Part shown: positions 1-13,130 of the stretch, in pieces | How positions within the stretch are numbered: the stretch's first letter is position 1 | Layout: each line of letters begins with the position of its first letter | From: Tubiluchus corallicola | Taxonomy: Eukaryota > Animalia > Priapulida | DNA length: 64,000 nucleotides | Assembly: GCA_030141605.1 (NCBI GenBank) | Contig: JAQGDQ010000733.1 | Coordinates: forward strand, 41,737-105,736 | Direction: 5' to 3' | Position numbers and translations under genes: made by a program | The notes under the pieces: generated by a model | Seen by the model: only the letters and a program-made list of their open reading frames with translations | What the model was told of the DNA's origin: nothing | Database searches by the model: none

Positions 1-128
1 TAAACACTTTTCTGTTGTGTGCAGTGCAAATATTTATTATAGATTTTTGGTTCCTATCCATACTTCTCTGTGCCTAAACTCAATCATAACAAAGTGACTG
101 AACAACAACTTCAAAAATGACTTTCACA
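1..128. repeat. Interspersed repeat end, near-identical to ~13568-13696
   Basis: Direct sequence match ending ...gactttcaca; possibly an LTR-like 3' end. Confidence 0.7.
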
Positions 129-216
129 GGTACTAATATAAACTAGAAAAAGCTAAAATAGGAGAGAAAGTCAAATGTATAAAACACACATATAAATGAA
201 AATACGTTACTCTCAC

Positions 217-293
217 CTAGCTACTTGCATAAATTCACTCCGCTGTTTTAACACTGGGTTGGTCTGGTAAGCGTTTGTTAATGGCCCATTACC
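217..293 (-). CDS. STX5: Syntaxin-5 coding exon 3 (GNGPLTNAYQTNPVLKQRSEFMQVA-)
   Basis: tttag| acceptor and |gtgaga donor on the - strand; QRSEF motif follows MxCRDRTxEF as in syntaxin-5; phase 0 start matches the exon 2 end. The gene continues left of the window. Confidence 0.85.
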
Positions 294-321
294 CTAAAAT
301 ATGGAAACATAACAGCATATT

Positions 322-779
322 TAGGGATGAGATTGACAAATTGCAAAAAACTCTGAAACATGCCAGGGGTTTGGGGGCCGCACAGGCAGCAACAAATTGC
401 AATTTTGTGACCATAGAAAGCCTCTAAGTGGACTTAAAATATCAATTACCTTGTTTCATGCATAATTTAAAATACCCAACTATCAAGGATACATGATACC
501 TAATTGTCTCAAAAACGCCTAAGTACTGGCCGCTCCTATGTAAACGTATATAAAAACTGTCTGCAATTGACTCAAATAACTCCACACAATTGATTCTATA
601 TTTTTATACATACAGATATACACGTGGTTACACTGATGTACGTGATGCAAACAAAGTGACGGCCTGCCACCTAGCGGTCAGCTTGTGAAATAATGTAGTG
701 GGTCCGATTTACAATAATGGCACTACTGGTCTTCCAAAAACTCGGAATTCCGAGTATCCGCGGAAAATTCTCATCCCTG
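322..779 (-). mobile_element. hAT-like MITE family A, copy 1
   Basis: TIR (T/C)AGGGATGAG...CTCATCCCTG; reverse-complement match to 6922-7439. Confidence 0.8.
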
Positions 780-1121
780 TTATTTGCTGTTTATAAAGTC
801 ACTTTAAAAAGTTGCAAAAAGAAGTGAAATTTAGTTTTCACGAGAATTATTTTAGTCATGCAAAAAATTAAAAGTCATCTTTTGATTCTTAATTCATTTA
901 CTGTTGAAATATGCAAGCCAGACAATTCCACTATTAAAATTCATCAATGACATTTTTACTTTTAGAAAAAGTGTTTTCTGAAAAGGCCTCCTGGGTCAAA
1001 TTCCATTAGCGTGTTGTATCATCACATTACAGTCTTCCAGCAAGTAAACTGCTTTGCGTATACAAGCATACAACACCGAGTAAACACAACAACACAGACC
1101 CGTCGATCAACTAACGCTTAC

Positions 1122-1249
1122 CATCCTACTGCGCATGTTCTTCGCAGTGGACATGAACTCCGTGGTTCTGTCACGGCACGTCATATCCGGTTCTATTTGT
1201 TCTAATGTTTGAAGTAACGGCACCCCTAGCAGCTCTCTTCTGTCTGTTC
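1122..1249 (-). CDS. STX5: Syntaxin-5 coding exon 2, containing the short-isoform start MTCRDRTTEFMSTAKNMRSRM (ATG 1184)
   Basis: RDRTxEF is the Sly1-binding N-peptide of Sed5/Stx5; ttttcacag| acceptor, ATG|gtaagc donor. Confidence 0.9.
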
Positions 1250-1310
1250 CTGTGAAAAAAATGCACAAATTGAATTGTAGAGTATCATATTTATTGCGCA
1301 TGAACAGAAT

Positions 1311-1620
1311 AAACCATTAGACAACTTCACTCGACAACAATCCCACATAAAGCAATGGACAACCTCACTCGACAATAATCCCACATAAACCAATGGACAA
1401 CCTCGCTCGACAACAATCCCGCATAAACCAATGGACAACCTCGCTCGACAACAATCCCACATAAACCAATGGACAACCTCACTCGACAACAATCCCACAT
1501 AAACCAATGGACAACCTCGCTCGACAACAATCCCGCATAAACCATTGGACAACCTCGCTCGACAACAATCCCGCACAAACCAATGGACAACCTCGCTCGA
1601 CAACAATCCCGCATAAACCA
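1311..1620. repeat. 38-bp minisatellite, about 8 copies, in an STX5 intron
   Basis: Unit tcgacaacaatcccgcataaaccaatggacaacctcgc. Confidence 0.95.
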
Positions 1621-4054
1621 TTTTGTATTGGAAATTCCTCTCTGTTGGGTAATGGCGTTGAATGAAATCTCAAAGTACTTGTAATCTTTCACTACGTAAT
1701 CAGTTACACGTAGCAATACCTGCGGTGGTCAACATCGCTTGTTTACCTGTAAATCTCTTGTATTTGCACTAACATAGCATTGTAAACAACCCGATAATCT
1801 TCTCTGATGCTGGATTCTAATTACAATTTACAGGTTAGGATTACGTCCGGTTTTGCTTTAACCACAAGAAAACTCTTCATTTAAATCTAAAACTATGTCA
1901 AATGTCTACAACTTATTTCTGCCGTGACTAGGAGTTCACTTAGAACTGTTATTTGCAAAGGCAATAACAGCCACATATTTGACAAATTATCGTCGTAATC
2001 CTGCTTTTGTACGCAACAGATCTTATGGCAAATCTTGTCCGCTTACAACGGATTTTGGATAAAACTGATTGCTGCTATGATCGAACATTCAGACAGTTCT
2101 GGCTATAAATGTTCAGACAAATCCGCTGTTAGCCAGACAGGAAGCATAGTTGGCAGGTGAAGTGCTACGCATCACACACGGCAGCATCTAACTAATACCA
2201 ACGAACCAATGTAAAGTACCAGTGTAACATTTACCGCTTTAAAACGTCAGTTAAACGATATCTGTTTACTTCTTATATAAACTAGTCTTGATAACCACCT
2301 ACTGTTCCTGTGTGACACAACAGTCACAACTTTGTGTTCTTTTTGAGTAGAATCCAGAGTGCTTCGTCATCTCATGAGCCGAATCTCCACAAGCCACTCT
2401 TCCTACCCTTTTGAACATTCTTTTATCCATCACTTCTATCCCTACTTTGCGCAATTCTTTTTTTTAAATTGTCTAAAAACCTTCGTTTTTTTGTTCTTTT
2501 TTTCTCAGTATTTGGACGTGCTTATAATGGTGCAAGCACCTAACAAGTTTCACTGCCATTTATTATGTGCACGCTGTCATATAATCATTATTATTAATAT
2601 CTACTTTTTAACTGTGTTTCCTGTATAATGTATTTACACTTCCAAATAAATTTATTATTATTATTATTATTATAGTTACATTTATATTGTGCTTTAATAA
2701 CCTAATTTTATGATAACAAGCTATCTTCTTGAAAACCATATAAATTTTACATGAGTATTAAACCAATTCACTATTATTATATTATTTTCGAACACACATG
2801 TACAGTTAAGTTATATAAGTGGTTCAATTAAAAGAAATTAGTAGACTAGCAGTAAAAGTAAAAATAAATATTCAACACTGACAATAAAAACAACAACAAA
2901 AACAAGCACGGATATTATTTACATACAAGAAAACAAAGCAATTAATTTAAAAAGATACCACACATTCTAACATTTCTCTCAACTGATATTTTGATAAAAA
3001 TTAAAATTTTTGTTTTTCATACAAGTTATAAAATTTTTTGCAAAGTTTATTGTCGCTAGCTGCCTGGAATCTAACTCGCATCCTTTTACAATTATATGAG
3101 TTAATACAAGAAAATTTGTAAATAAATCTTTTAGAGTAACATTATTTTCTATAACAATTGTAATACAAGTTGAAACCCATTATTGACTTTACGTCATATA
3201 ACGTCTGCTTGGATACAAAGTTAATTGTCGAGTTACTACTATTTTTACATATAATTATTTTTATATACTACATAGAATTTAAAGGACAAGAAAAGGGGCA
3301 CCTGAAGTAGGTTTCAGAAAAATCACCTTAAAAATTATATTACTTTATAGCAATTTGATGCATATATCGTACTCGCACTGAAAGGAATTGTCGTTGTACT
3401 CATTTTAAATCTCCCGCAATGCTGTTCCGACATCGCCATTACATGACGTCACTACGCCACGTAAATCAGTGGAAGAAAAGGCAATGTTAAATTATGACCC
3501 AAAAAACTTTCCGTGCAAATCTATTTTACTTAGCATTTCACTTACCTGCTGTAAAGACTTATGTAACTAAACTAATAATTTAAAATATTGTGAAAATTGG
3601 TAAAATGTCACCGACTCACCCTCCAGGGTGCGCCACTGACTAGCCAAAAACGTATTTTTAATCTTATTGAAAAGACACAGTAATTTAAAATTTTACTTGA
3701 TTAGCAACATGTATGCTACGAATGTTCTGATTATTTTTTCAAACTTTACTCAATGTTATCTAAACATGTTTCTAACGACCTACGATTAAAATGGCTGCGC
3801 CTAACGGTCATCGCGGGAGTTCAGATTTAGACGTTTTATACAGCGTTACGGCCGATGCAAGCACTGCACACGAAAAGGTAGTATGTAAGTGGTATAAAAT
3901 TATTCAAGTTCCAACATGCGTAACCGTAATATCCTAGGTAACTATAAAGGCAATGGCAAGAATTGAAATTGTGCACACAAAGTTTGAAAATACATCGAGC
4001 TGTGTCAGTACCCGACAGAAAAAAAGCTAGTAATATTAATAACACTTGTAATAC

Positions 4055-4178
4055 CTGTCTGATTCGAATGTCGCTGATATCCGTTTATGTACGAATGCTG
4101 ATGAGCAGGGTTGTTTAGGGAATCCCGTTCGGAATGAGATTCACCTTCTGACGTACGGCGACGGCGAGGCGTGGTCAT
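4055..4178 (-). CDS. STX5: Syntaxin-5 coding exon 1, long-isoform N-terminus MTTPRRRRTSEGESHSER...
   Basis: Arg-rich N-terminus like the long Stx5 isoform; ends ACA G|gtatta (phase 1), which matches the GA start of the exon at 1249. Additional intervening exons are not excluded. Confidence 0.7.
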
Positions 4179-5570
4179 CGGATCGACGAAACGAAGGCAG
4201 CGATTCTGGGCAAGTCATTCATCCAATCAGTGAGTGATCAGCTTGGATTTTGCAACTATTTAATCATTCTGCATTTAATAATCAAGTAAAAAAAGTTAAT
4301 TTTGGCTGGAAATTTTAATTCCTATACTATTAGGTAATGAGACAGCAGGCTTATTTTACATAGAGGCTGAAGCTGAGTCAGTTGCTACTACATCAGCTGA
4401 CTCGCACAGTAAATCAGCTAGCTCAAGTCAGCTAAAGCTGTGAATTTTTGTTAACTAAAGAAATAAAAATTGTAAGTTAACTGTTAAATATGGAGAAAAA
4501 TTTTTTAAATAATTCATTTGCTCATACACAGATGAAAAATTCAAATAATGCATTAGAGATTATAAAAAAGCAATGGATTTATAGCAAATATTTACAAGGC
4601 TTATCTGATTACAACAAATCAATACTAAAATAATTTCATACGTGTGACTTACGTTGCCTATATGTGTATTTAATTTTGAAATGACCAGTAGTAATGCCAA
4701 CGTCACACGTAGGATGTAACCAAAGTGACAGAGGGGAGTGTTGGCACAACTGAAGCCATAGTGCTCTTACATTCAGCATTATCTCAATTTTTAAACAAAT
4801 ACTGCGTATTTTCACAGAATTCTATACACAAAGTATTGACGAGCAATCGTGGAAGTAGCGCGGATAGTCGTAATGCGCCAAGCAATCGTGTCGAATAGGT
4901 AATCGCTCGGCGAAAACTGGATTCTCATAGAGTGCCAAAATAGAAAGAATATACGGTATACCTATTCATGGGTATCCAAACGAAGTGGTGTAATCGATTT
5001 TGATATCAAATCCTACGAATTCTGACTTTTTCGCAGCTTAAAAATGTTTGCACTGTTTGATAAACTTTGTCCAGATTGTAATTTTGACAATGGTTGTTGA
5101 CACAACTTCTCAACAATTTCACGAAACACGTAATCGGCAATACGAGAAATCTGCTACGCACTTAGTTACTCAACCGAAACAAACAGAGCATGCGCAAAGG
5201 CTGGCTCACAATTTTTGTACAGTAGAATCGTCACCCACGTGCCTACTTGCAATGCACCAAGTCAGTGTATTGCCTGTAGTGTTTGTTATCACTGTTGTGC
5301 AGTGAATTAAAGATTAATGCGTCTGGGCTTGTTAAAATTTATATGTTTCAGATACGTGAATTCATTTAAACTACGTGCTAATTCCTTAAAGTACGTGCGG
5401 CACTTTTTCAATTTATTTTGTGTTAACAACTGTGCATGTTAATGTTATCATTACCTACTTTCGAGATTTTATTGTTAAATTAATTAATTCATTAATGATT
5501 TGAAAATCATGAAAATACAATTCTAGGCAAAAGCAGTTTTGACCCTATGACAAGCCTCCTGTCTTTGCAG
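4179..5570. promoter_or_regulatory. Putative bidirectional promoter region between STX5 and MTR
   Basis: Divergent genes about 1.4 kb apart; CCAATCAG at 4223; NRF1-like GCATGCGCA near 5188; acceptor ttgcag| at 5570 implies an upstream non-coding MTR exon. Confidence 0.5.
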
Positions 5571-5592
5571 ATATTCATTCTATTCCACAAGC

Positions 5593-5793
5593 ATGGTGGC
5601 AAACAAAATTACGGAGGTTCTTCGGGAGAGGATAATGATCATAGATGGTGCAATGGGCACCATGATTCAGCGTCAGAAACTAACAGAGGACAACTTTCGG
5701 GGAGAGGAATTCAGAAACCATTCTGTGAAGCTTCAGGGCAACAATGATATACTCAGCATTACTCGTCCACAATTAATCTACGATATACATTTG
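5593..5793 (+). CDS. MTR: Methionine synthase coding exon 1 (MVANK...[11 protein letters not shown]...[11 protein letters not shown]...DIHL)
   Basis: DGxMGT motif of the Hcy-binding domain; donor TTG|gtgcga. Confidence 0.93.
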
Positions 5794-6149
5794 GTGCGAC
5801 TATAAATAGTGATGTTAACCATTTAATAATTTTGTGACTTTTGTCATATATTTTGTCTAACGACCTTCATAGACAAGATTGCACTTCCATGAATAGTGTG
5901 CAGTCCAAATTATTATGAAGTCATAAGTTAAGGAATAGAATGCAAGTTAAGTTTGAAAGATTTCAACTACGACTTCATGTGTACGTAATGTGTTATGCGT
6001 GATCCGTAATGCGTTGTGCATATACAACAGTTTATATCTAAACTTGTGTAAGTGTTTCTATGTGTACGTAATGCACAATAATAGAAATAATTTCGTTTAC
6101 GACATGGTCTAAGGATAACACCTTAAATACCTCAATACTTATTTCCGAG

Positions 6150-6313
6150 ATGGTCCCGATTATTATTACCCGCACGTTACGTCGATAAACCCGCGTGCTC
6201 GGTCAAAGAACCATCGGTACCATTTTTCAAGTCTTTGGTTTGATTCGGTCGAGAGTTGAAACCCGCTACCTTCCGGGTGGGAAGCAAGCACACTACCATT
6301 GAGCTATGCCACC
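6150..6313 (-). mobile_element. tRNA-derived SINE
   Basis: - strand GGTGGCATAGCTCAATGGTAG (A box) and degenerate B box, followed by ccaaagacttgaaaaatggtacc, which resembles a conserved invertebrate SINE core (MetaSINE-like, recalled from memory). Confidence 0.6.
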
Positions 6314-6921
6314 CGATCACAATCTGCTCGATCCATATTCACTCGAACGTGATGGCTATTGTTTGAATACGCATCACGCAGCAATACACAGATAGGAAAT
6401 CATCATTGCCTAGGTGGTTATAGTGAGTTTTCTACACTATTATTCCTACACATTATTTCTACACTTACATCTTGCTACATTTGCAAACAGCGACCAAAAA
6501 TGGCGGAAAGGACTCCGTGAGCTTTGTTAATGCGCGTAGCATTCACTGACACATGGAAATAGTCAATACGCATTACAGATCACGCATTACGCAGTTCGTG
6601 CACATGGAGTCATTGCTTAACACGTATTTCATAAGTGTAGGAGTTGACCTAATACGTGTGCAGTCATTGTTACCTTGTCGAGCAAAGACTTGGGCACTGA
6701 TGAACACGCTGATTCAGGCGGACTGCAGGGTGATGCGTAAGTGCGAGTGTGATGGAGTGACAGCATTCAGAGTAAAGAGATTGCAAGAAGATGATTGAGT
6801 GAGATTGATGATAAGCTGTGGTGAAGAATAATCATCATTCTTCATCGTCATGTGGTGAGAGACCGAAGATGGGAATTTGGTGAGGGGAGAAGATGTGGGT
6901 TGAAGTAAAAGTCACGAAACA

Positions 6922-7439
6922 CAGGGATGGTAATTTTCCACGGATACGTGGAATTCCGAGTTTTTGGAAGACCAGTAGTGCCATTTTAGTAAATCGCGTA
7001 AATTCGTTGAGAAAATTTTTACGGACCCAGTACATTATTTCACAAGATGACCGCTAGTTGGCAGGCCGTCACTTTGTTTACATCATGTACATCAGTGTAA
7101 CCACGTGTATATCTCTATGTATAAAAATATAGAATCAATTGTGTGGAGTTATTTGAGTCAATTGCAGACAGTTTTTATATACTTTTGCATAGGAGCGGCC
7201 AGTAGTTAGGTTTGAGACAATTAGGTATCATGTATCCTTGATAGATGGGTATTTTAAATTATGCATGAAACAAGGTAATTCATATTTTAAGTTCACTTAG
7301 AGGCTCTCTATGGTCACAAAACTGCAATTTGTTGCTGGCTCCCAGGGGGCTTTGCCCCTCAACCCCATTGCGGGCCTAGGTGGCCCCAAAACCCCCGGCC
7401 TGTTTCAGAGTTTTTTGCAATTTATCATTCTCATCCCTG
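6922..7439 (+). mobile_element. hAT-like MITE family A, copy 2
   Basis: CAGGGATG...CATCCCTG termini; shared internal sequence with other copies. Confidence 0.8.
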
Positions 7440-9160
7440 GAAACCCGGAGGGTAGACCAGTCTACTGGGAAAACCAAAGAACATCACAGGTAGAGTGTGT
7501 GCAAGATAATGGGAAGTTGATTAGAATTGAAGAAAAATTGGTACATGTGTATTGTTACTGTTACACTATCTGTACACAACCCACTATAATCATTAGTGTT
7601 TTTGTCTAATAAAATAAGAAAACTATAAATGAGAATGTGGATGCAGTACTTAATCTATAGCAGTGTTGTCATTTTGATTTTATTTAGAAAATTTGATTTC
7701 AAATGTGATTTATGCTACAGTTACAACTGAGCTGCGGAATGCTATGTTTCAGCGCTCTTAAAGGATGTATACGTTGTATTTATTTTACAATTGTCATTTA
7801 AACTTAGGGACATATAAAAAAGAAATTTGCAAAAACTGTGTATAAAGTATAATTTTAATTTTTATTGCCACTGTATAGAAATATTCAGGTGCGGTGGTGC
7901 CACCATTCACTTTGAAAATTATGATGTAACTGGGGTGGACTTCATGACTTTTCGTTATTACATCGTGGCTTTCCGTGAGTGCACCCTGCTTAAACTAATT
8001 CAGATTTCTGCAGCTTTCCTAATGTTCAGGCAAAAATATCACAAAATTAGCTGTCTATTTTTTTCTAAAAACTTATTATATTGTAACGGATCCGGGTCCT
8101 TTCCAGCCGCGGATCCGTCTCAGGATGTATCGAGCGGCATACAAGTTATGAAATACTTTACAGCAGACGAGAAAAGTAAAAAGAATACGAATGTAAAATA
8201 AACTTTAATGCACAACCAGTAGCTCCATGACATGTGAACAGATTTTTGTATAAAGATCAGCAAACCTACAGCATTTACCCTTACAGGCAGAAAGGCCAGG
8301 TTGGAATCATCAAATTACGGCATGCATTCTGTTTTATACAGGTACATTTGCATTACTGGGCTTCTTCAACCATACCCATTACTAACATTAGGGGGTTGGT
8401 CATAATCTGCCTTCGTAACAATATGTTAAACTATTGAGGGACGTGATTCGTTGCTTTTTATTCAGTCAACGAGCGATGTAGCCGGTGGGAAAATGGGAGT
8501 TAAAAACGGGAGCGCCAAATCGTGAAATGGTGGCGACTTTACCAATTATACCTTGTGCTTGTAAATCACGCTTTTATTAATAAATCGTTCTAACATTTTT
8601 CTCAGACATTGAAAAAAGCCTAACTTCCTGTAAAGCTTGTACTTTCCTTTAAAGCGAAAATTTGTTTCACATGTTAATTGTGTTGCAAAAGATTTAAAAC
8701 GGTAACTGAGTACATTTGTCATTTTGTGCACATTTTTTTGTTTCTGTTTTTTTTATTTTTTCGATACTTAAACTCGTGTGGTAATGAAAATCTGCTACAT
8801 TCCATTCTGCCACGCATAAATTATTGCACAAAGTGATGCGAGTGTTCGATTTTCCTGGCATTACAGTGAATGAACGAAGGAGTGGATGAATAAGTGAACG
8901 AATGAAAAACAGAAGGTGTGAATGAATAAGTAAGTAAGTAAGTAATTTATTGTCATTATAGCATGATACATACAATGAAATTGATGGGGTTTTACGTACT
9001 GCAGTAACTTATAGAAACAACAAGGAGATTAACACAAATAATTCAATCAATAAATCAATGATTGAATGATTAATTGACTAAGTGATGGAACGAGTAAATG
9101 TTAAGCAGCATTACCGGATGTTTCTTCTTTATTAATTAAACTTTTTTCAACATGTTGCAG

Positions 9161-9250
9161 GAGTATCTTGAAGCAGGTGCTGACATTATTGAAACAAATA
9201 CGTTCAGTGGTACCAGAGTTGCACAGGCTGACTATGGAATGGAAGAGATG
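9161..9250 (+). CDS. MTR: MTR exon 2 ([17 protein letters not shown]...)
   Basis: AG/GT boundaries, 90 nt, conserved [11 protein letters not shown]. Confidence 0.95.
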
Positions 9251-9298
9251 GTTAGTAAAAAAAAAATATCGTGTGTGTAAATCTTGTAATGTCTGTGA

Positions 9299-9830
9299 CC
9301 CTGGTTCCTAACCTTTGGGCTCCCTGTACCCCTATTTCATTTTACACTATCTCCTAGTACCCCTTTTCCCGGTATAAGCAAAATGAAGAACTAACACTGA
9401 TGTAATGTCGTGAATATATTTATTGTATGTATTATTCGTAACGCTACAATCAAGCGCAAATAATGAGAGTTCAATGAGATGGCTGCTGTTGCATAGTAGA
9501 AATTAACTTTTTGAATCGGGATTCAGTTTTCGACAGACTGACTCTCATGTCTCCGCGGATGTGATGGCGGTCTCGGGCTTTTGTCTTGATTGTCACCTTC
9601 TGCCTGCTTCACACTGCAAGAAGTTCACTGAAGCCTTACAGTGGACAGGGGTCAAGACCTCGACCGGAAACCACGGTTTGTCTGCAAAGTCGACAGAGAT
9701 GTCTTGATCACCTGCTGATTATTATATAACACTACTTTTTTAAAATTGTCTAAGAGGCTTCTGAGGTACCCCTTGTGGTGTTCACTGGTACCCCCAGTGG
9801 TACTAGTACCCCACTTTGGGAACCGAGGAT
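9299..9830. mobile_element. hAT-like MITE
   Basis: Imperfect TIR cctggttcctaac...ttgggaaccgagg with subterminal gtacccc motifs; the left end resembles the element at ~59232. Confidence 0.55.
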
Positions 9831-10217
9831 CTATGAGCTTCAAGCAATTTTTCTTTCTTTACCTGTCATCAGCATCTTTACTTCTTCATAATTAAACACA
9901 TATAATTTTCTGTTTTTTTTCTATATACTTTGTCATTCTTAAATGTTCATGTTTGTCTGTACTTATCCAATTGTTCCTGTAAAGTGTTTTTTGTGTATCA
10001 TCTGTGTTTGTTACTGCCTCTACCCATTTAGTTTGTTTAAACACCCAGTTGGTTTACATGTCATTTAATTCAGGTGGATTTTTTACTGTGCAGAGTAGTT
10101 TATTTTGCACAATATTGCTTGATGAATTTAATTTGCATGTTACGCAGCATTTTACACTTGTAGTTTCTTAGTGCCATCGGCAAAAATTACTGCATAAATA
10201 ATTGAAATGGTGTAATT

Positions 10218-10717
10218 CAGGGGTGTGCAAATTGCGGCCCGCGGGCCACTTGAGGCCCGCCGAGAGAATTTGTGTGGCCTGCGAAGAGATTTGTCAACCT
10301 AATGAAAGTGCGGCCCAGGCGATTAATTGAGTGTATTGAGTGTATCCAGCTGAAGTCCGTGCCATGATCCCAAAGATAGTGCGGGTAGTTTTTTCTACTA
10401 GATCGAAACCCTTACAAGACGGTTGTAGCTTAATGTCACTGTACTAAACAGACTGTGTGATACACATTACTAATATGTATTGTAATGAAATTACCACTAT
10501 CTGTCCTGAAAGTAGAAATATATGGTTTGTAATATAAATTTTAATAACTTCTAAAATAGTTTCTTGAGTGTAGTAGTAATGATGTACGCAGGTCGGATGC
10601 AAAAAATCGTTATTATGTCCTACTGTACTTGGCTCCTTGATCAAACTGCCTGTGGCCCACAGGAATTGCAGGAAAGTTTAATGTGGCCCTGCTAGTCAGA
10701 TAATTTGCACACCCCTG
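10218..10717 (+). mobile_element. hAT/Charlie-like MITE family B, copy 1
   Basis: TIR CAGGGGTGTGCAAATT; 8-bp TSD GTGTAATT. Confidence 0.92.
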
Positions 10718-11569
10718 GTGTAATTGCCTTCTTGCCTATAGTGCATTATTATCACTAGAATGTTTACACTTAGAAAGATTGAAAGAATTGGATTTTGACT
10801 GGCACACAAAGAAAAAGTACTTACTAATGAATTATTTTGTGTCGAAATTATACAATCGAGGTTTCTTTTACTCAAAAGTGAATATTAGTGACGCCTCCCG
10901 CAAGGGGAGTCGAAATATTATGATTAAGAATTTTTGAGTCATCTCTACAGCTATTTATTTTTATTGTTTTAACTTAAGTTGATGTCCGTATGTTTCTTAA
11001 TTCATGAAGTTATGGTATTTTAGAGTATTTTTCATTGTCTTGTTAGTGAATTGTAGTTGTTCAGAAATATTAATTTTTAGTTTTTGTAAATATTAATTTT
11101 TAGTTTGTGTTTTGTGATGTTTAATTTTGAAAGAGGTTTGTGTCATGAATGGTTGTATTCAGATGGCCTTGAACTTCTGTTTACTTTAGTGCTGTCTGTG
11201 TTGCAGTAAAGCTTGCGGAAATTTTACCAGGTACTGTGGAAAAATTATGCCCGCCACCTTATCTGAGCACCAATAGGTCTGTGTGTGCAGTCATAATAAT
11301 GAGCATTCCATGTAACTTGACTGATATCAGAGTAAATAGTTGTACTGCTAAGCATATACATTTATACAATATACATGCAGGGCTGGTTTCCCTATAGGCT
11401 ACTATAGGCTCTAGCCTAGGGCCCCTCAAGCTTGGGCGCCCATACTTTGCACTGCTGTATAGTTCATATAATTTAAAATAAAATTTCAAGTTTAAAAAAG
11501 GAGGCCAGGAAGTCTGAAAATCCAATTTTAAAGTGGCTCCTCGTTTGAGACAAAAGATCCCTGTTCGAG

Positions 11570-11735
11570 GCCTTTTATTTGAGACAAAGGACCCTTCTTT
11601 TAGGCCCTTTATTTGAGATATGGAGCCCCCTTTGATGCCCTTTATTTGAAATATTGAGCCCCCTTTGATGCCCTTTATTTGAAATATGGAGCCCCATTTC
11701 ATGCCCTTTATTTGAAATATGGAGCCCCATTTCAT
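11570..11735. repeat. 33-bp tandem repeat, about 5 copies
   Basis: Unit approximately cccttttatttgaaatatggagccccatttcatg. Confidence 0.8.
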
Positions 11736-11780
11736 GCTAGCCATGCTTTAGTGAGCTTTTTGTTTTCTTGCTTGCTCTAG

Positions 11781-11850
11781 GTTTACAGAATCAATTATGA
11801 ATCTGCACGAATAGCCAGAAAGGCTTGCGATGATGTCACTCAGAGAACAG
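11781..11850 (+). CDS. MTR: MTR exon 3 (VYRINYESARIARKACDDVTQRT)
   Basis: AG/GT boundaries, 70 nt, phase-consistent. Confidence 0.92.
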
Positions 11851-12169
11851 GTTAGTAGTTAGTTTATCGGCATTTCTAAACGTATCGTAACTTACGCTAA
11901 ATCTACATATTTTTGCAAAATTTTCCGACAGTAAACAAAGCATATTATCAGCTCCTTGCTCGAGTCATTTTAGGGAGGCATCATTTGAATCGTTTCTTTG
12001 TTTAGGAATCACACAATTTTCTGCTGTTCATCCATTATACAGTTTGTTGTTTGTGAGTGTGGAATGTGTGTGCAGTAAGGCAACTTCTAATGTTTAGTAG
12101 ACACAAATTGTATTTTGTTTAGCAGAAATGTGAGGTAGTTAATCAGAACATGGTTTATAAGTATTACGA

Positions 12170-13130
12170 CAGTGGCGGATTTAGGGGATGGGTCCAAGGC
12201 GCCTGGGTCCTCCCTTGCACAGTAACTGTTACAACACGCCAAATTAATATTTTCTCTGAATTATAAGCATTAGAACAATTTGCTAAATCCTAAAGGTGCC
12301 TTATATCTGTAAAAATCATATAACACGAGAAAACAGATGAAAGTTGTGTACATCATGGATGCTGTGTAGAGTATATGAATATATTGGTATATATTTTTGA
12401 GTCAAAAGGTGAGGAGACACCTGTTCTAAACTAGTAAACTTCCTAGAGATGGTTTCTAGGAGGCAGGAAAGTGGTCTGAAATGCAGTAAAATGTATTATT
12501 GTGTGGATGGACCTCGCAGGGGAACTTACACCACCCCCAGACCCAGGAGACACCTGTTCTAAACTAGTGAACTTCCTAGAGATGGTTTCTAGGAGGCAGG
12601 AAAGTGGTCTGAAATGCAGTAAAATGTATTATTGTCCGGGTGGATCTAGCAGGGGGCTTACACCGCCCCCAGACCCAGGAGACACCTGTTCTAAACTAGT
12701 AAACTTCCTAGAGATGGTTTCTAGGAGGCAGGAAAGTGGTCTGAAATGCAGTAAAATGTATTATTGTCCGGGTGGACCTAGCAGGGGGCTTACACCGCCC
12801 CCAGACCCAGGAGACACCTGTTCTAAACTAGTGAACTTGCTAGAGAGGGTTTCTAGAAGGCAAGAAAGTGGTCTAAAATGCACTAAAATGTATTGTTGTC
12901 CTGGTGGACCTTGCAGGGGAGCTTACACCACCCCCAGACCCAGGAGACACCTGTTCTAAACTAGTAAACTTCCTAGAGATGGTTTCTAGAAGGCAGGAAA
13001 GTGGTCTAAAATGCAGTAAAATATCATGTTGTCCGGGAGGACCTCGCACGGGGGGCTTACGCCGCCCCCAGACCCTCTAACTGCTTTTCTGTTGGGCCCA
13101 CCGTTGTTCTAAAACCTGTGACCGCCATTG
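12170..13130. mobile_element. TIR element (CAGTGGCGG...CCGCCATTG) with an internal 132-133 bp tandem repeat, 5 copies (12413-13075)
   Basis: Inverted termini; repeat starts at 12413, 12546, 12678, 12810 and 12943. Confidence 0.75.

Noticed and set aside
1226-1716. - strand ORFs across the 38-bp repeat as STX5 exons
   Set aside because: The unit is not a multiple of 3, has no syntaxin similarity, and the flanking exons join in phase without it.
12501-12959. 152-aa ORF with 44-aa repeats
   Set aside because: A 132-bp tandem repeat inside a TIR element, with frameshifting 133-bp units and no splice support.
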